From the NCBI GenBank assembly GCA_963422735.1, contig OY730476.1, positions 544,001 through 608,000 of the forward strand: a stretch of 64,000 nt of DNA. The letters are read 5' to 3'. The position numbers and the translations under genes are program-made. Shown piece by piece: positions 49,797 to 60,445 of the stretch. The notes beneath the pieces are model-generated. The model ran no database searches, was not told where the DNA came from, and saw only the letters and a program-made list of their open reading frames with translations. Numbering within the stretch: position 1 is the stretch's first letter; each line of letters begins with the position of its first letter. This stretch comes from Candidatus Latescibacterota bacterium (GTDB lineage: Bacteria > Latescibacterota > UBA2968 > UBA8231).

Positions 49797-51671
49797 ATGA
49801 CTGTCGCTCCAGCGGTGTATCGAGATCAGAAGTGGATTATATCGCCTTTTGGCGACCTGTTCTTTTTTATTGGTACGCCGCTTTTGTGCTTGGTGACCAT
49901 GCTGCCGCTGCGGGCCGTGTTCGACTCGCAGACCATTGCTTTCTACGCGCTGGCGCTGTTTGCCACCGGGCATCATTTACCTGGCTTTATGCGCGCATAC
50001 GGTGACCCAGAGCTATTCCGCACCTTCAAGGAGAAGTTCGTCGTCGCGCCAATTGTCGTGCTCGTCGTGACGGCGCTGGCGCAATTCAATACCCTGCATG
50101 GGCTGTTCTTGGTGGTCTTGGTGTGGGAGATCTGGCATTTGTTTATGCAGCACTACGGCATCATGCGGATCTACGACGCCAAAAACAAGATATTCTCCAA
50201 GCTCAATTCCCGGCTCGACTGGTTGTTGACCTTATGTGCTTTTGTAACAGTCGTCATCTATAGCCCCGAATACTTCCACCGCATCCTCGACCACAACCAG
50301 CGGGTCGGCGTACCCTTTCTGTCAGCCGAGTTGACGTTCCTGCTCAAAAAGGTGCTGTTCTATTTTACGATGGCCGTACTCGCGGCTTACTTGGCCAATA
50401 TCGTCCAGCGGGCAGTTACCGGTCAAAAGATAAGCCTGCCCAAGGTCGCGGTGATGGCGACGACGGTGTTTATCATCTACTATGGCTGGATACATATCAA
50501 CGACCTCGTCATCGGCTACGCGGCCTTTGCCGTTTTCCACGATATCCAGTACTTCGCCATCGTCTGGATCTACAACAACAACCTAGTCAAAAGGCAGGAG
50601 CGCACCACCAAGCTCCTGCGCACCTTCTTCACCACGCGCACCTTGCCGATCTTGGTCGCGTACGTGCTAATATGCTTCGCCTACGGCAGCATCAACATGA
50701 TGGAGGGCTTCCTCAAGTCCGAGCAGGCGATCAAGATGGTCGAGATATTCGTCATCACCTCGACGCTTTTGCACTACTACTTCGACGGGTTTATCTGGAA
50801 AATCCGCGACCGCAAAAACCAAGCCAATTTGGGAATCAATGCCGAGGAGGGGTCCAACCGCATTGGATTGCAAGCATTGCCGAGCGGCTTGGCCTCGTAC
50901 TTGCGCGAGACCGGCAGGCAGTTGGCCTATTTCGCGGTGCCGGTGATGGCGTTCTCGCTTTTCCAGTTTTACTGGACGGCCGACGAGGCTGAGGCGCGGG
51001 AGAAGATGGTCGAATTGTTCCCGGACTTGGCCGGTGCCCACAACAACCTCGGCGTCTTGTACGCGCGGCAGGGCAATTGGGAAAAGGCCACCGACGAGTA
51101 TCGGCGGGCGCTAGAGCTGGATGCGAGGGCCTATGAGGCGCATAAGAACCTCGGTCTGCTCTACGCACGGCAGGGCGTGCTCGACAAGGCGCATGTTCAC
51201 TACCAGCAGGCGATAGACCGCAAGCCGCGCTACGTCGAAGCGCTCAACGCGCAGGGGTTGGTTTTTTTACAGCGGGGCGAGTTCGCCAAGGCCGAGGAAC
51301 GCTTTCGCGAGGCCCTTGACGAGTTCGATTACGCCCCGGCGTACAACAACCTCGGCACGGCCTATTTGCAGATGGGAAACTTGCCGGCGGCGATCTCCAC
51401 CTACGAAAGGGCCGTCGCGCTCGACCGGGCCGACGCCTCTCATCATTTCAACTTGGGGTTGGCCTTGCAGAAGGCCGGAGAGAACGAGCAGGCGGTCGCC
51501 GCGTTTGCTGCGGCCCTCTCTTTAGAGCCACGCCACGTCAAAGCTTATTTGAGTATGGCGCTTTCCTACCAGCGGCTGGGCCACCTCGCTGAGGCGCGGC
51601 AGGCGTTGCAACAGCTCTTGGCAGTGGAGCCGAACCATGCCACGGCTGCGCTGCTGTTGGCCCGAATGTGA
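49797..51671 (+). CDS. Polytopic membrane protein with conserved His motifs, fused to C-terminal TPRs
   Basis: About 9-10 TM segments with GHH, WH..MQHYG, FHDIQY and LHYYFDGFIWK, followed by about six TPRs. Confidence 0.8.
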   Translation: MTVAPAVYRDQKWIISPFGDLFFFIGTPLLCLVTMLPLRAVFDSQTIAFYALALFATGHHLPGFMRAYGDPELFRTFKEKFVVAPIVVLVVTALAQFNTLHGLFLVVLVWEIWHLFMQHYGIMRIYDAKNKIFSKLNSRLDWLLTLCAFVTVVIYSPEYFHRILDHNQRVGVPFLSAELTFLLKKVLFYFTMAVLAAYLANIVQRAVTGQKISLPKVAVMATTVFIIYYGWIHINDLVIGYAAFAVFHDIQYFAIVWIYNNNLVKRQERTTKLLRTFFTTRTLPILVAYVLICFAYGSINMMEGFLKSEQAIKMVEIFVITSTLLHYYFDGFIWKIRDRKNQANLGINAEEGSNRIGLQALPSGLASYLRETGRQLAYFAVPVMAFSLFQFYWTADEAEAREKMVELFPDLAGAHNNLGVLYARQGNWEKATDEYRRALELDARAYEAHKNLGLLYARQGVLDKAHVHYQQAIDRKPRYVEALNAQGLVFLQRGEFAKAEERFREALDEFDYAPAYNNLGTAYLQMGNLPAAISTYERAVALDRADASHHFNLGLALQKAGENEQAVAAFAAALSLEPRHVKAYLSMALSYQRLGHLAEARQALQQLLAVEPNHATAALLLARM

Positions 51672-51684
51672 GCGGAAATCCTGC

Positions 51685-53859
51685 CTAATGGCGATGCGCT
51701 CGGTCACCCTGAGTAGCTAGCGCGAAGGGATAGACGTCCAAACGTTCTAGGGCCGTGGCGTCTTCGCGGACCCGGTACACTCCATTGACCGGCACGTTTG
51801 TAAAGGTCTGCACCGTGCCCGACGGCCAGTGCAAAGTCAGCGTGTCTAGTACCTCAGCTTCCCCCAATCCGATCTCCTGTTGTAAAGTCGAAGCCCCAAA
51901 ACTCGCGCCCGTGCCGGCGAGGATGTGGATCGTCTGCGCTCCGGCGCGGGCTTGAATCCGCGTCCCGATCCCGGCTCGATTCGATTTAGTTCCCTCTAGT
52001 TTGAGGGTGATCCAATGGTTGCCGTGCCCGGGGTTTTCAAAGAGCACGTTGGTGTATACGTCCCCGGCATACGCCCCGCCGACCACCGCGTAGATGTCCT
52101 GATCGCCGTCGTTGTCAATGTCGCCGAAGGCCACGCCGTGCCCCTTTTGCAAATGCCCGAAGCCTCCCGATGTGGTCACGTCTTGGAAGACGCGCCCTTG
52201 GGCATTGCGGAACATGCGGTTGGGGATTAGCGAACGGTAGTCGGGGTCACCAGTGCCAGCGTAGAAATCGAGCCAGCCGTCGTTGTCGAGGTCGCCGAAG
52301 TTACAGCCCATCGTATAGAGGACTTTGTCGCTGTGGGTCTGTTGGGCCATGTCGGCGAAAGTGCCGTCGCCTTGGTTGTGAAAGAGGCGGGGCGGTTCGC
52401 CTTTGTGCGGCAGGCCGAGGTAATCGGCAGCCACATCGCCGGCATCGGCCTTGTAGCCGGAGACGAACAGATCGAGCCAGCCATCGTTGTCGTAGTCCCA
52501 AAACCACACCGGAAAGCTAAACGTCGGTTGGCTCACGCCAGCGCGGGCGGTTATGTCCGAGAAACGCCAGCGGCCGTTGGCGTCTGGGCCATCATTGTGG
52601 AAGAGCAGGTTGGGCTGCCCGAGGCGGGAGATGTAGAGGTCGGGCCGGCGGTCGTTGTCGAGGTCGCCCCAAGCCACCCCTTTGACGAAGCCCACAACGT
52701 CTAGGCCGACTTCCGCTGCTACGTCGGTGAAGGTTCCGTCGCCTTGGTTGCGGAACAACTCGCAGGGATGTTGCTCTTGGGCGGAGGATTCGTTGCCCAC
52801 GAACAGGTCGAGCCAGCCGTCGTTGTCGTAGTCGATCCAAGCAGCCGTCTGTGTCGGGTGCAGAGTGAGCAGCCCAGCCGCTTGGGTTACATCGGCGAAG
52901 GTTCCGTCGCCTTGGTTGCGCAATAGCGAGTTGGGGTGGAGGCCGCTGGCACCAAACCAGCCGCCTCGCAGGACTAGCACATCGGCGAAGCCGTCGTTGT
53001 CAAAATCCGTCTGCACGGCGTTGAGGCCGCCGACTAAGCCGGTCAAACCAGCGACGGCAGTGCGCTCGGCAAAGGTTCCGTCGCCTTGGTTGCGGAAGTA
53101 GCGCAGTGGATCGTCGAGGCCCCAAGAAGTGGCGATGATGTCGAGGAAGCCGTCGTTGTCAAAGTCTTCCATAATGCCGCCCCCGGCCAAGCCGAGGACA
53201 TTCAACCCTAGGGCGGGTGCCCGGTCGGGGAAGCGGCCAATATCGGCGTCAGCGGCGAAGACCTCCGGGGGAATGAGATGGGCGGCTGGCACTTGGTGCG
53301 GGTACTCTCCCACGGTCATATAGGCGATGTTGAGCAGCCAGCGCGAGGTTAGGTCGTAGGGAGTCTTTTTTAGGATTGCTCGGTAGTAGGCGATGGCCGC
53401 ACGCGATCCGTCTTGCACGTTGTGGACTCCCTCGGCCGCGATGGGCAGCAGGCAGGAAGCGAGGTTGTGGTCGTCGATGCAGTTTTGCTGCTCGCCGAGC
53501 CGTAAGTAGGCGAGGGCAATCATTTCTTCGAGGCCCGGGCGAGTGCGGAAGCGGTGGGCATCGGCTTGGTCGCGCACCTGCTCGAAGAGGGCGGCCGCCT
53601 CGGCGGATGTGCCGGCGCGCAACAGCTCTTTGGCCAGTTCGACCTGTCGGCTGAGCTGTTGTACGGGGTCGTCTGGCGCGGACTGGCGGCGTAGCCAGTC
53701 AACGCGTCGCTGGCTCAAGTAGATGTTGTCCTCGGCGTTGGCATGCGCGGCGAGGGCGGCGAGTTGCTCGGCCATGCGCTGAGTGCCGGGAGTCTGGTAA
53801 GGATCGGCAGCGCAACTTGCTAGCGCGAGAACCAAGAGGGCGATGGCGCAGGGGTTCAT
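51685..53859 (-). CDS. CRTAC1 family lipoprotein with N-terminal helical/Cys domain (third paralog)
   Basis: LASC lipobox at MNPCAIAL...; LRLGEQQNC..H...SC..P; FG-GAP repeats; HLQKGHGVAFGD; ASPIC/UnbV end. The longer ORF-track start overlaps the upstream gene. Confidence 0.9.
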   Translation of the reverse strand: MNPCAIALLVLALASCAADPYQTPGTQRMAEQLAALAAHANAEDNIYLSQRRVDWLRRQSAPDDPVQQLSRQVELAKELLRAGTSAEAAALFEQVRDQADAHRFRTRPGLEEMIALAYLRLGEQQNCIDDHNLASCLLPIAAEGVHNVQDGSRAAIAYYRAILKKTPYDLTSRWLLNIAYMTVGEYPHQVPAAHLIPPEVFAADADIGRFPDRAPALGLNVLGLAGGGIMEDFDNDGFLDIIATSWGLDDPLRYFRNQGDGTFAERTAVAGLTGLVGGLNAVQTDFDNDGFADVLVLRGGWFGASGLHPNSLLRNQGDGTFADVTQAAGLLTLHPTQTAAWIDYDNDGWLDLFVGNESSAQEQHPCELFRNQGDGTFTDVAAEVGLDVVGFVKGVAWGDLDNDRRPDLYISRLGQPNLLFHNDGPDANGRWRFSDITARAGVSQPTFSFPVWFWDYDNDGWLDLFVSGYKADAGDVAADYLGLPHKGEPPRLFHNQGDGTFADMAQQTHSDKVLYTMGCNFGDLDNDGWLDFYAGTGDPDYRSLIPNRMFRNAQGRVFQDVTTSGGFGHLQKGHGVAFGDIDNDGDQDIYAVVGGAYAGDVYTNVLFENPGHGNHWITLKLEGTKSNRAGIGTRIQARAGAQTIHILAGTGASFGASTLQQEIGLGEAEVLDTLTLHWPSGTVQTFTNVPVNGVYRVREDATALERLDVYPFALATQGDRAHRH

Positions 53860-53906
53860 AAGGATCCATGGCAGAAGATAGGGGCGTTGATTATTCCGAT
53901 GGCTTT

Positions 53907-56849
53907 TTATTTTAACAGAGTCAGTTGCTTGGTGGCCAAGTAGGCCCCGGCCTGCAATCTGTAGAAGTAGGTGCCGCTGGCGACTGGGTGACCGGCGTCG
54001 TCGCGCCCGGTCCACTCGGTGCGATAGCGGCCGGTGACGAGATGTCGTGCGACTAAGGTGCGGACCTTTTGGCCGATCGCGTCGTAGATGTCTAATTCGA
54101 CGGCGGCCGGGGCCGCAAGCTGGAATTCGATGGTCGTGGCCGCATTGAAGGGGTTGGGGTGGTTCTGGTCGAGGGCAAAGGCTGCCGGTGTGGCCTCGGC
54201 GAAAGCAGGGGCAGCGGCGAGGACCGTTGGTGCGCCTAGGCTGGCGATCCATTCCGCGATGAGTTCAGCACCGCGTCGGTCGATGATGGAGGAAGCCAAA
54301 GGGGGCATGCGAAAGGTGCCCAGCGTCAGCATCCGCAGATAGAGCGTGGAAAGCTGCGGTGCCCCGGGGGTGAGGATGAGGGCCTCTGGCTCGCCCAGAT
54401 CGCCGAGCGTGGGGAAAGCCCCGATAGTATTGGTTTCGACTAAAGGCGTGTCGTAGCGCAGGTCAATGATGGTGCGGCCCACGCTCTCGGGCCGATGGCA
54501 CGGCGCACAGTTGACGTGTAGGTACGAGCGGGCGCGCTGGTTGAGCGGAACGCCTTCGTCGAAGGGATTGGGTAGGCGGGGCAAGGAAGACAGGTCGGCT
54601 GGCAATTCCTCGGCAAAAAGGCCCTGTTGGAAGAGGGTGTACAACTGGTTTTGCTCCGCGCCGGTGTGGAGTTGGGCCGTATGTACGCCGAGGACATAGC
54701 CCGCGCCCTTGGTGTGGCAGACCTCGCAGTCTTGGCGCGAGGGAAAGTAGTAGTCTTGCAAGAGAAAGCCCACCGGATCTTGCGGGTCGTCAATCACGTA
54801 TGCAACGGTCGTGCTGTCGGCGAGCAAGGTAGCGTCAGTGCCAGCCTCGTTCCATTGATAGCTATAACCGTCCCAGCCCGGGGCGTCCACGCGCTTGATG
54901 AGGAAGCGCGTTTCGACGATGCGCCGGCTGGCCGGATTGCCGCGCACCAAGTCGAGGTAAAAGTTCTTGATCAGGAGAGTCTCGTCGGGAAAGCTCCAAG
55001 GCCCACGGCTGGCAAAGGCCATGCGCTCACCGGGCGGCAGGCGAATGAACCGCATTTTTGTGGTTCCGTCCGACCAAAACGGCGCATTGACTTCGTACGG
55101 CACTACGCCGGCCGCGGGCGTTTGCGTTCCTAAGTCGCTGAAAACCTGCGCGTCGGCCAAGCGCACGGGCGGGAATTCCTCCGTGGGCGGGAAGACGATT
55201 TCCCACAGCCCGCGCTCGCCGCTCCATTCGATCACATAGAGGCGATTGCCGATGATTTCCGCGTCAATAGGGTTGGAAAACCCTCCGACGATGCGGGTGA
55301 CGCGCGCCTCGTACTTGCCGCCGACTTTCGCTAAATCGAGGTGGAGCAGGTCTTGGCTGGGATCGTTGAACGGGCCGTTGACGCTGTTGCCGTTGGGGTC
55401 GCCCCGAGTCCAACTGAGCACGAAGCCGTCGCCGCGGAACGGCTCGGCGAGGGCATGGGCCGCGTCGAACACCAGCCCCAAGGGAGAGCGATGCGCGGTG
55501 AAGGTGCCAAAGCGCACACCCTCTTCGCTGGCATTCTTGATTTGGCCGTCGGCTGGGTCGCGATAGGCGTCGGCGTCTGGTCCGAGATTGATTACCGGGT
55601 CGGTGAAGCGGCGCGGTGGTGGTGGGTACGTGGGATCGTTGTGGTAGTAGCCTTCGCGCACGGCCGTGGAGCGGGGGGAGAGGAGGAAGTCAGTGGCCGG
55701 GTCGTAGTCGGGAAATTGCTGCGGGGTGTCTTCGAGTCCCATGCGCCAAGGGAAGCCGTAGTGATGCCCTTGGCGCAGCCAATTGAGTTCCTCGGCCATG
55801 TCGCGGCCCGGTCCGTTCTCCGTGGCGAAGAGGTCGCCGTTGGGCGCGAAGGCGAGGTCATAGGCATTGCGCAGGCCCTCGGCAAAGAGGAATCCTTGGT
55901 CGAGAAGACTGTAGCGGTCGTTGGGCAGCACGAGGTCGCGGGCCTCGGTCGGGACGCGCAAAATCACGGCTGTAAGTGCGGTTTCACGCAACCCGGGGAA
56001 GTGCCCATCGCCGTCTTGTATTTCGCCGTGATCGGTGCGCGAGCCACTGTTGATAAAGAGCGAGCGATTGTCCAAGCTGACGACCAGCCCGTTGACCTCG
56101 TGGTTGTAGATGCAGTCGCACCGCTCATAGGGGACGGTCTCCGCGAGGGTGAAAAAGGTGCGCTCGCCACTGCTCGGATCGACTTCGCCCTTAGTGATGG
56201 TGGCGATGTTGTAGCTGGATAGGTCGATGCGTTTGAGGACGTAAAAGATGCCGTTGGCGTCGATAAACAGTGCGCTCGGGCGACGGAAGCCGTGGTCGGC
56301 GGCAGTGTACACCGCGCCCGCAGCAGGCACGAGGGTGATGTCGCCGTTGGTTTTGAGGACGTAGCGGTTGTCGGCCGTAGGATCGCGGCCAAAGATGGAG
56401 GCGGTGAGGATGTCGTCGATGGGAACATCGGCGGGTAGGTTGTCCGGATCGAGCTGTTCCCACTGTCGCTCGCCCGTGTCGGCGTCGAGCAAAAGCCCGC
56501 GGGCGAGGGCAAACTGGCCGCTGTCTCGGGGACCGTGGCGATTGGACGCAAGGTAAAATGAGCCATCCGGCCCGATGGCAAAGCCCGTGAAGCCGCTGCG
56601 GATGCCGTGATCGCTGTGGGAATAGGCTGGAACGCGCTCAGCCGCCGCTAGGTCAATGCGTTCGATGGCGCCATCCTGCCGCAAGATATAGAGCGCGTCG
56701 TCGCGTGGATCCTTGGCGATGCGGATGGTGCCTTGGGAGACGCCGAGGATGCGGCGAATTTCAAGGTCGTCGCGGGTGGCTTGCGGGTCGGCGTAGGCGG
56801 TGGAGCAAAGGGCTGCGAGCGCGACGAGCGAGAGACAACGGACCAGCAT
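53907..56849 (-). CDS. Secreted glucose/sorbosone dehydrogenase-type beta-propeller plus diheme cytochrome c domain plus type A CTD/FlgD-Ig
   Basis: GSRTDHGE, AEGLRNAY, EELN...G.HYGFP; PYEVNAPFWSDG (SO2930-like) with CEVCH and CAPCH; QNHPNPFN...IYD..GQKVRTL...W.G.D..G..VASG.Y...LLK. Confidence 0.85.
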   Translation of the reverse strand: MLVRCLSLVALAALCSTAYADPQATRDDLEIRRILGVSQGTIRIAKDPRDDALYILRQDGAIERIDLAAAERVPAYSHSDHGIRSGFTGFAIGPDGSFYLASNRHGPRDSGQFALARGLLLDADTGERQWEQLDPDNLPADVPIDDILTASIFGRDPTADNRYVLKTNGDITLVPAAGAVYTAADHGFRRPSALFIDANGIFYVLKRIDLSSYNIATITKGEVDPSSGERTFFTLAETVPYERCDCIYNHEVNGLVVSLDNRSLFINSGSRTDHGEIQDGDGHFPGLRETALTAVILRVPTEARDLVLPNDRYSLLDQGFLFAEGLRNAYDLAFAPNGDLFATENGPGRDMAEELNWLRQGHHYGFPWRMGLEDTPQQFPDYDPATDFLLSPRSTAVREGYYHNDPTYPPPPRRFTDPVINLGPDADAYRDPADGQIKNASEEGVRFGTFTAHRSPLGLVFDAAHALAEPFRGDGFVLSWTRGDPNGNSVNGPFNDPSQDLLHLDLAKVGGKYEARVTRIVGGFSNPIDAEIIGNRLYVIEWSGERGLWEIVFPPTEEFPPVRLADAQVFSDLGTQTPAAGVVPYEVNAPFWSDGTTKMRFIRLPPGERMAFASRGPWSFPDETLLIKNFYLDLVRGNPASRRIVETRFLIKRVDAPGWDGYSYQWNEAGTDATLLADSTTVAYVIDDPQDPVGFLLQDYYFPSRQDCEVCHTKGAGYVLGVHTAQLHTGAEQNQLYTLFQQGLFAEELPADLSSLPRLPNPFDEGVPLNQRARSYLHVNCAPCHRPESVGRTIIDLRYDTPLVETNTIGAFPTLGDLGEPEALILTPGAPQLSTLYLRMLTLGTFRMPPLASSIIDRRGAELIAEWIASLGAPTVLAAAPAFAEATPAAFALDQNHPNPFNAATTIEFQLAAPAAVELDIYDAIGQKVRTLVARHLVTGRYRTEWTGRDDAGHPVASGTYFYRLQAGAYLATKQLTLLK

Positions 56850-56867
56850 GGAATTTCTTAGCGATGC

Positions 56868-58853
56868 TCACTTGAGCAGCATAAGCTGCCGGGTGGCGAC
56901 AAAATCGCCGGCCGATAGCTGGTATAGGTACGCGCCGCTGGCTACTGGCTCGCCGCGCTCGTTGCGACCGTCCCATTGCAGGCGATGGTGCCCGGCGGGC
57001 AGGAAACCGCTGATGAGAGTGCGTACGCGCTGCCCGCTGCTGCTGTAAATGGCCAACTCGGCTTGGGACGCAAGGGCGAGTTGGAAGGCAATGGTGGTGC
57101 TTGGGTTAAAGGGGTTTGGGAAATTTTGCCCCAACGCAAACTCCGCGGGTGCAACCCCTTCGGCCTCGGCAACAGCCGTCTCCTTTGCAGCCGGCGGCAG
57201 GACGATTTCCCAAAGCCCGCGCCCGCCGCTCCACTCGATGACATAGATGCGATTGCCGATGATTTCCGCATCAATGGGGTTGGAAAACCCGCCGACGAGG
57301 CGAGTGACGTGCGCTTCGTAGTTGTCGCCGAATTTTGCCAAGTCGAGGTGCAGTAGGTCCTGGCTGGGGTCGTTGAACGGGCCGTTGAGGTCGTCGCCGT
57401 CCGGGTCGCCCTCGGTCCAACTGAGCACGAACCCGTCGCCTTGGAACGGCTCGGCGAGCGCATTATTCGCGTCGAACACCAGCCCCAAAGGCGAGCGATG
57501 CGCGGTGAAAGTGCCAAAGCGCACGTCCTCTTCGCTGGCATCCTTGATTTGGCCATCGGCCGAATCGCGATATTTGTCGGCATCTGGCCCGAGGTTGATC
57601 ACCGGGTCGGTAAAGTCGCGCGGTGGTGGCGGGTACGCGGGGTCGTTGTGGTAATAGCCTTCGCGCACGGCGGTGAACCCGGCCGGGAGGAGGAAGTCGG
57701 TGGCCGGGTCGTAGTCGGGAAATTGCTGCGGAGTGTCTTCGAGTCCCATGCGCCAGGGAAAGCCGTAGTGATGCCCTTCGCGCAGCCAGTTGAGTTCCTC
57801 GGCCATGTCGCGGTCTGGTCCATTTTCCGTGGCGAAGAGGTCGCCGTTGGGCGCGAAAGCGAGGTCGTAGGCATTGCGCAGACCCTCGGCAAAGAGGAAA
57901 CCTTGGTCGAGAAGAGCGTCGCGGTCGTTAGGTAGCACGAGGTCGCGGGCATCGGTCGGGACGCGCAAGACAATAGCCGTGAGCGCGGTTTCGCGGAGAT
58001 CGGGAAAGGCACCTTTCCCATCTTGTATTTCGCCGTGATCGGTGCGCGAGCCACTGTTAATAAAAAGCGAGCGATTGTCCAAGCTGACGACCAGCCCGTT
58101 GACCTCGTGGTTGAAGATGCAGTCGCACCGCTCATAGGGTGCGGTCTCCGCGAGGGTGTACCAAGTGCGCTCGCCGCTGCTTGGATCGACCTCGCCCTTG
58201 GTGATGGTGGCGATGTTGTAGCTGGATAGGTCAATGCGTTTGAGGACGTAAAAGGTGCCGTCGGCGTCGATAAACAGCGCACTCGGGCGACTAAAGCCAT
58301 GGTCAGCGGCCGTATATACCGTACCCGAAGGCACGAGGGTGATGTCGCCGTTGGTCTTGAGCGCATAGCGGATGTCGGTCGTGGGATCGCGGCCGAGGCT
58401 GGTGGCGGCGAGGATGTCGTCGATGGGAATGTCGGCGGGTAGGTTGTCCGGGTCGAGTTGCTCCCACTGCCGCTCGCCGGTATCGGCGTCGAGCAAAAAT
58501 CCGCGGGCGAGGGCAAATTGGCCGCTATCACGGGGGCCGCGGCGGTTGGAGGCAAGGTAAAACGAGCCGTCCGGCCCAATGGCAAAGCCCGTAAAGCCGC
58601 TGCGGATGCCGTGATCGTTTCTGGAGTAGGCAGGCGCGTGTTCGGCTGCCGCTAGATCAATGCGATCAATCGCGCCGTTTTGCCGCAAGGAGTAGAGCGC
58701 ATCATCGCTCGGATCCGTGGCGATGCGGATCGTACCTCGGGGGACGTTGAGGATGCGGTGGATTTCGATGTCGTCGCGGGTGGCTCGCGGGTCGGCATAG
58801 GCGGTGGAGCAAAGGGCGGCGAGTGCTGCTAGCGCGAGGCAATGGGCGAACAT
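56868..58853 (-). CDS. Secreted glucose/sorbosone dehydrogenase-type beta-propeller plus type A CTD/FlgD-Ig (tandem paralog without heme domain)
   Basis: Near-colinear with the first ~550 aa of the neighbour; QNFPNPFNPST...WDGRN..G..VASG.Y...LLK. Confidence 0.85.
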   Translation of the reverse strand: MFAHCLALAALAALCSTAYADPRATRDDIEIHRILNVPRGTIRIATDPSDDALYSLRQNGAIDRIDLAAAEHAPAYSRNDHGIRSGFTGFAIGPDGSFYLASNRRGPRDSGQFALARGFLLDADTGERQWEQLDPDNLPADIPIDDILAATSLGRDPTTDIRYALKTNGDITLVPSGTVYTAADHGFSRPSALFIDADGTFYVLKRIDLSSYNIATITKGEVDPSSGERTWYTLAETAPYERCDCIFNHEVNGLVVSLDNRSLFINSGSRTDHGEIQDGKGAFPDLRETALTAIVLRVPTDARDLVLPNDRDALLDQGFLFAEGLRNAYDLAFAPNGDLFATENGPDRDMAEELNWLREGHHYGFPWRMGLEDTPQQFPDYDPATDFLLPAGFTAVREGYYHNDPAYPPPPRDFTDPVINLGPDADKYRDSADGQIKDASEEDVRFGTFTAHRSPLGLVFDANNALAEPFQGDGFVLSWTEGDPDGDDLNGPFNDPSQDLLHLDLAKFGDNYEAHVTRLVGGFSNPIDAEIIGNRIYVIEWSGGRGLWEIVLPPAAKETAVAEAEGVAPAEFALGQNFPNPFNPSTTIAFQLALASQAELAIYSSSGQRVRTLISGFLPAGHHRLQWDGRNERGEPVASGAYLYQLSAGDFVATRQLMLLK

Positions 58854-59032
58854 GGGGTCCTTTCAGAGGGAGAGTGGGGTAGGAGTCAGCACAGTTAAAA
58901 TAGAAGGTTTAGGAGTAATGACAAACAGCGTCGGTAGTCCGTCCCGACCTTCCGGATCCGTCTTGATCCTTATCAGATTGGCGAAATTCGACCTAGTATG
59001 AAACCCGTAATTCTTTGTCTATCGGGTTCGTG

Positions 59033-60441
<1,409 letters not shown>

Positions 60442-60445
<4 letters not shown>

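Noticed and set aside
36427-53859. Enediyne biosynthetic cluster (UnbV homologs)
   Set aside because: No PKS, thioesterase or UnbU/UnbL partner; ASPIC/UnbV domains are widespread outside such clusters.
53860-54252. N-terminal extension of the third CRTAC1 (855-aa ORF), or a frameshift fusion with the upstream gene
   Set aside because: The extension is an Arg/Pro-rich shadow frame of the upstream CTD. Both genes have their own complete termini and a lipoprotein signal starts at 53859.
53907-58853. Mobile element or DGR explaining the duplicated ~1.6 kb
   Set aside because: No terminal repeats, transposase or RT; differences are scattered and largely synonymous, as expected for a tandem gene duplication.
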